Below, one piece after another: positions 63,230 to 64,000 of a DNA stretch of 64,000 nt; position 1 is the first letter of the stretch; every line of letters begins with the position of its first letter. The notes below the pieces were generated by a model. That model had not been told where the DNA came from. It ran no database searches and saw only the letters and a program-made list of their open reading frames with translations. Location of the stretch: the NCBI GenBank assembly GCA_013265495.1, contig MU058844.1, positions 13,228,184 to 13,292,183 on the forward strand. Direction: 5' to 3'. A program made the position numbers and the translations under genes. The stretch is from Vicugna vicugna (taxonomy: Eukaryota).

Positions 63230-63462
63230 AGGCAATATAAAGTAGTGAATAAAATAAGTGAAGGATCTGGTGCCAGACACATGTGGGTTTGAATTCTGGC
63301 TCTGCCATTACGAGCCAAGTTACTTAACCTCTCTGTGTGTGTTTCCTCACTTTTGAGATGGGCATGATAATCGTACCTACCTTGCGGGGTTGTTATGATG
63401 ACTGATGAAGATGAGGCAGGCAAAGACTTAGTTCTGTGACAGTAGCAAGTTAGCTATTATAT
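63230..63462 (+). mobile_element. MIR SINE, near full length
   Basis: tctggtgccagac...gggtttgaattctggctctgcca...caagttacttaacctctctgtg...gtacctaccttgcggggttgttatga. Confidence 0.88.
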
Positions 63463-64000
63463 TTGTAGTCCCCTCTCAGAAAAATCCATCCAGCTCTACC
63501 AGAATCTTAATTTCCTGCACTTGCTTCTCAGAATCCCCCCTTAATTTGCCCAAGATGTTAAAGACTGGGCTGTTTGGCTGTGTCATATGGAAACCCTCCT
63601 CTGATGGGGGAAATGTGATCGCTAAGGAAAGAAGAGCCCTGGTGGCAGACAGGACCCTGCAGTTATCTGAGCTACCTACTCACCTCCTGGCAATGTGGTC
63701 TTTCTGGAAGAGAATCGTGTGAGTCACAGAGGGGATGGGACCATCTCCGTGTTGCTGAACCGTGACCAGTGGCTTGCCAATCACAAGAATGGGTCTCTGT
63801 CTTTGCTCAGTACTTGTTTTTACCTGCTTCATTGTTCTTCTGACTCGGGCCTGTCTTTAGTTCTTGCGTCTGGAAAAATCTCTGACAAGAAGCATGATTA
63901 GGCTGCTCCTTTAGTTGGCAGGAAATTAACTCCAGCAGACTTGGGCTATTTTGCTGTAATCGTTCACGTGTGTGACAGTGCCCATGGGGATTTTTGCATT

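Noticed and set aside
1..64000. Short ORFs in the six-frame track as host genes
   Set aside because: All are 60-168 aa, many start at non-ATG codons, many overlap repeats or low-complexity DNA, and none has a recognisable domain apart from the L1 ORF2 remnants; this is consistent with chance ORFs
1..64000. CRISPR array, operon or other prokaryotic-type system
   Set aside because: No regularly spaced repeats or gene-dense structure; the sequence is mammalian repeat-rich non-coding DNA

Overview
Mammalian genomic DNA, not prokaryotic. It is most likely camelid (alpaca/llama/camel), because two tRNA-Ala(AGC)-derived SINEs resembling the camelid vic-1 family are present (33190-33356, 56930-57029). 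The window is AT-rich, repeat-dense and non-coding, like a large intron or gene desert. I could not recognise any host protein-coding exon. The only ORFs with recognisable homology are decayed LINE-1 ORF2 C-terminal pieces. The repeats are many old MIR, L2 and L3 fragments, L1 3' ends, MaLR/ERVL LTRs, DNA-transposon MITEs (MER44-, MER104-, MER58A-, Charlie- and Tigger1-like), and two same-family ERV1 solo LTRs 2 kb apart, each with its own 4-bp target-site duplication (TSD). The most interesting unexplained signals are a candidate 6-nt microexon or ATG-G first exon at 45030-45035, a perfect 12-bp GAAA-capped hairpin at 35022-35049, a candidate alternative first exon ending at 56037, a Tigger MITE with apparently foreign filler, and several repeat-free motif-rich blocks that look like enhancers. 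Most LTRs and young retroelements lie on the minus strand, which suggests an intron of a plus-strand gene. Repeat family names come from my recall of consensus sequences, not from a database search, and boundaries of old repeats are approximate. I found no convincing novel multi-gene system.
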